Shown: positions 62,052 through 64,000 of the stretch, piece by piece | How the letters are laid out: every line of letters starts with the position of its first letter | Numbering within the stretch: the first letter of the stretch is position 1 | Source: an uncultured Spirochaetota bacterium | Lineage (GTDB): Bacteria > Spirochaetota > Brevinematia > Brevinematales > JAOACQ01 | Direction: 5' to 3' | NCBI GenBank assembly: GCA_963783575.1 | Contig: CAWAOD010000003.1 | Coordinates: forward strand, 160,001-224,000 | DNA length: 64,000 bases | The notes under the pieces: generated by a model | Told to the model about the DNA's origin: nothing | What the model saw: only the letters and a program-made list of their open reading frames with translations | The model's database searches: none | Translations under genes and position numbers: made by a program

Positions 62052-63836
62052 TCATTGAAGATCATTTTTTGTGACTTCGAATATAAGTGTCTTATCGGCA
62101 ATCTGCCTGAGGCTTCTATTACTGCTGCCGCGGGGAATTATCCAGCAGACAGCCCGTTTGCCTTCATAATAATTCATTGCTGAAGAAAGAACTTTTCGCA
62201 AAGAGTAAGGCTTATTTGAAACAATATTAATCACTATCATCAACCAGTTCTCCGAATAATGGCTTATGTTTGAACCCTGCTTTAAAAGTTGCGTTACTGA
62301 AGGACCGGCTGTCTTTTTCTTGGCATGCCCGAAATCCGGAGCTTCGGTATTGCCCATAGGATCTAACCCGGACGCGCGGCAAAAATCAATAGAAGCCCAC
62401 TTAGCGACTGATTCCGATGAAGAAATTTTTGAATAATTGCAGTCGTACAAATCGATTATCAGTTCAAAAGCTTCGGAAAATCCTTCCTCTACAGGCAGTT
62501 TATAACCGGATGACAAAATTCTGGAACAGTCAGTAAGTTTCGGTTTGAATATTACATCAATGTCTTTTAATTTCTTCCCCAATAATTCCTCCTGGTAGAT
62601 ATAACAGCATTTCCTGATCTGCCGGAGGTCACTAAATGAACCGCGCGGTATATGCCAGCAGACAGCCGAATCCGCCCCAAAATAGCTTAAAGAATAAGCT
62701 GACGCATCTTCCACAGGCAAAGAGGCGCAGGTAAAGCAATTGGCGCTGCCGGTCGACCCATACTGCCGGTAATTGATAGCACTGGTTTCTATATATTGAA
62801 CCAGCGTTTCGCCCGGTCCGAAATTTGAATTCGATACAATAGGTTTACCGAAGGCTTTCATTTTTATAGCTTCGCAAGTCTCTTTACTCCATCTCGCCAC
62901 CTTATCCATTGCCGGAAATTTAGCATCCTTAAGATGAAGATCCATTATTATTTCTTCGCCGTATTTATCCTGTTCAAGCCTTCTCTGGAATTCCGGATAT
63001 ACCATGGTTGAAATATTCGGGGAATACCATCTTGTTTTAATTCCTGATTCCTTAAAGGCTTTTTTAGCATTCTGAGGTGCTCTTTTGAAAACTTTTCTGC
63101 CCTTTGATCCGGCTGTAAGGCTGAATGGCCCTCCGATATAGCTTGCGTTTGCGAATTGAACCACCCTTACATCATCAAAAGAACACTCTATCTGCCGCCA
63201 GCTTGCCGGACACTCAGAAGGCTGAAGTATCAGCGAACCTGTCTGATGTATTGCAATTCCCCCGTCTATAAGCGCGTTATAAACGCTCTGGTAAAAGTCC
63301 GTGCTGAACAGTGATTTTGCCGGACCTATAGGATCGGTTGAATCAATAATAACAACGTCGCAGGTTTCTTTCATTTTTCTTATCGCTTCGGCGCCGTCCC
63401 CGGTAATTACATGAAGCCTTTTATCATCCCAGATTCCTTCCGATACCGAAGGCATTAATTTCCTGCAGTAATCTATGACCATTTTATCAATTTCTACAAT
63501 CGTCACTGAATTTACCGATTTATGCTTCAAAACTTCCCTTGCAACTCCACCGTCACCACCGCCGATTATCAGGACTTTTTCGGCCGGTTTGAGCAGAGAA
63601 AAAAGCGGCCAGTGAGTAATCCATTCATGATAAATTCCTTCGTCTTCTTCTGTTAACTGGACGACTCCGTCAAGAATCAGGACACGCCCAAGCCTCTCCG
63701 TTTCAAGGATCATGATTTTCTGAAATCCCGTATCCGTTTCTGGTAAAAGAATTTTCGAAACTTTAAAGCCGTAAGTAATATCCGGATAGAGTTCTTCATA
63801 GAACCAAAATTCATTTTTTTGGTTGGTTAATCCCAT
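62052..63836 (-). CDS. speE: Spermidine synthase (aminopropyltransferase) fused to two AdoMet decarboxylase-like domains
   Basis: N-terminal half: LDGVVQ, YHE, IIGGGDGG, VEID, DSTDP. C-terminal half: two repeats of E.I.DL..G...Q..; both end AVCW.IPRG..LRQI. Confidence 0.9.
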   Translation of the reverse strand: MGLTNQKNEFWFYEELYPDITYGFKVSKILLPETDTGFQKIMILETERLGRVLILDGVVQLTEEDEGIYHEWITHWPLFSLLKPAEKVLIIGGGDGGVAREVLKHKSVNSVTIVEIDKMVIDYCRKLMPSVSEGIWDDKRLHVITGDGAEAIRKMKETCDVVIIDSTDPIGPAKSLFSTDFYQSVYNALIDGGIAIHQTGSLILQPSECPASWRQIECSFDDVRVVQFANASYIGGPFSLTAGSKGRKVFKRAPQNAKKAFKESGIKTRWYSPNISTMVYPEFQRRLEQDKYGEEIIMDLHLKDAKFPAMDKVARWSKETCEAIKMKAFGKPIVSNSNFGPGETLVQYIETSAINYRQYGSTGSANCFTCASLPVEDASAYSLSYFGADSAVCWHIPRGSFSDLRQIRKCCYIYQEELLGKKLKDIDVIFKPKLTDCSRILSSGYKLPVEEGFSEAFELIIDLYDCNYSKISSSESVAKWASIDFCRASGLDPMGNTEAPDFGHAKKKTAGPSVTQLLKQGSNISHYSENWLMIVINIVSNKPYSLRKVLSSAMNYYEGKRAVCWIIPRGSSNRSLRQIADKTLIFEVTKNDLQ

Positions 63837-64000
63837 TTTATTTTCCTCTTAATAAACAAATGAATATATTGACCTGAAATTATCTTTTTAATATTAATAA
63901 TTAGTTAATAACTCAACAATCCCTTGCATTGGCTGGTTGATAGCAGCCAGAGACCAGCAGCTCACCGCTAATTTTATGCCGGAAGTGATTTTATTACAGG

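Noticed and set aside
63900..64000. Riboswitch upstream of the speE fusion, or tail of an upstream gene
   Set aside because: Only a 6-bp hairpin (TGGCTG/CAGCCA, 63930-63949) and a possible 8-codon ORF end at the window edge; no known aptamer matched and too little sequence to call.

Overview
AT-rich bacterial chromosomal window, probably from a spirochaete (inference from spirochaete-like 'SC' lipoboxes, beta-barrel outer-membrane proteins, an LIC_10190-like membrane protein and a putative LptF/G-like pair). Housekeeping loci are ilvD, hisS, murD and an unannotated 6S RNA (ssrS, ~9069-9265). The rest comprises a surface-glycan cluster (GtrA/GtrB-like, two GT-C-like proteins, Wzy-like, two GT4, Wzx), c-di-GMP proteins (PilZ, GGDEF), PadR/MerR/TetR/Lrp/LuxR-linked redox and efflux modules, glycoside hydrolases, and an OMP-omptin-giant repeat lipoprotein operon. 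Two loci stand out. (1) 62052-63836 encodes a spermidine synthase fused to two tandem AdoMet-decarboxylase (SpeD)-like domains whose catalytic residues appear split complementarily between the copies, as in the eukaryotic pseudo-dimeric enzyme. (2) 51012-52518 encodes a radical SAM/SPASM enzyme next to a small lipoprotein whose lipid-anchor Cys is followed directly by a splicease-type YG motif. There are several short REP/MITE-like elements and five single-base frameshifts. No CRISPR array, tRNA, rRNA or transposase was seen. All assignments come from motif reading by eye; no searches were run.
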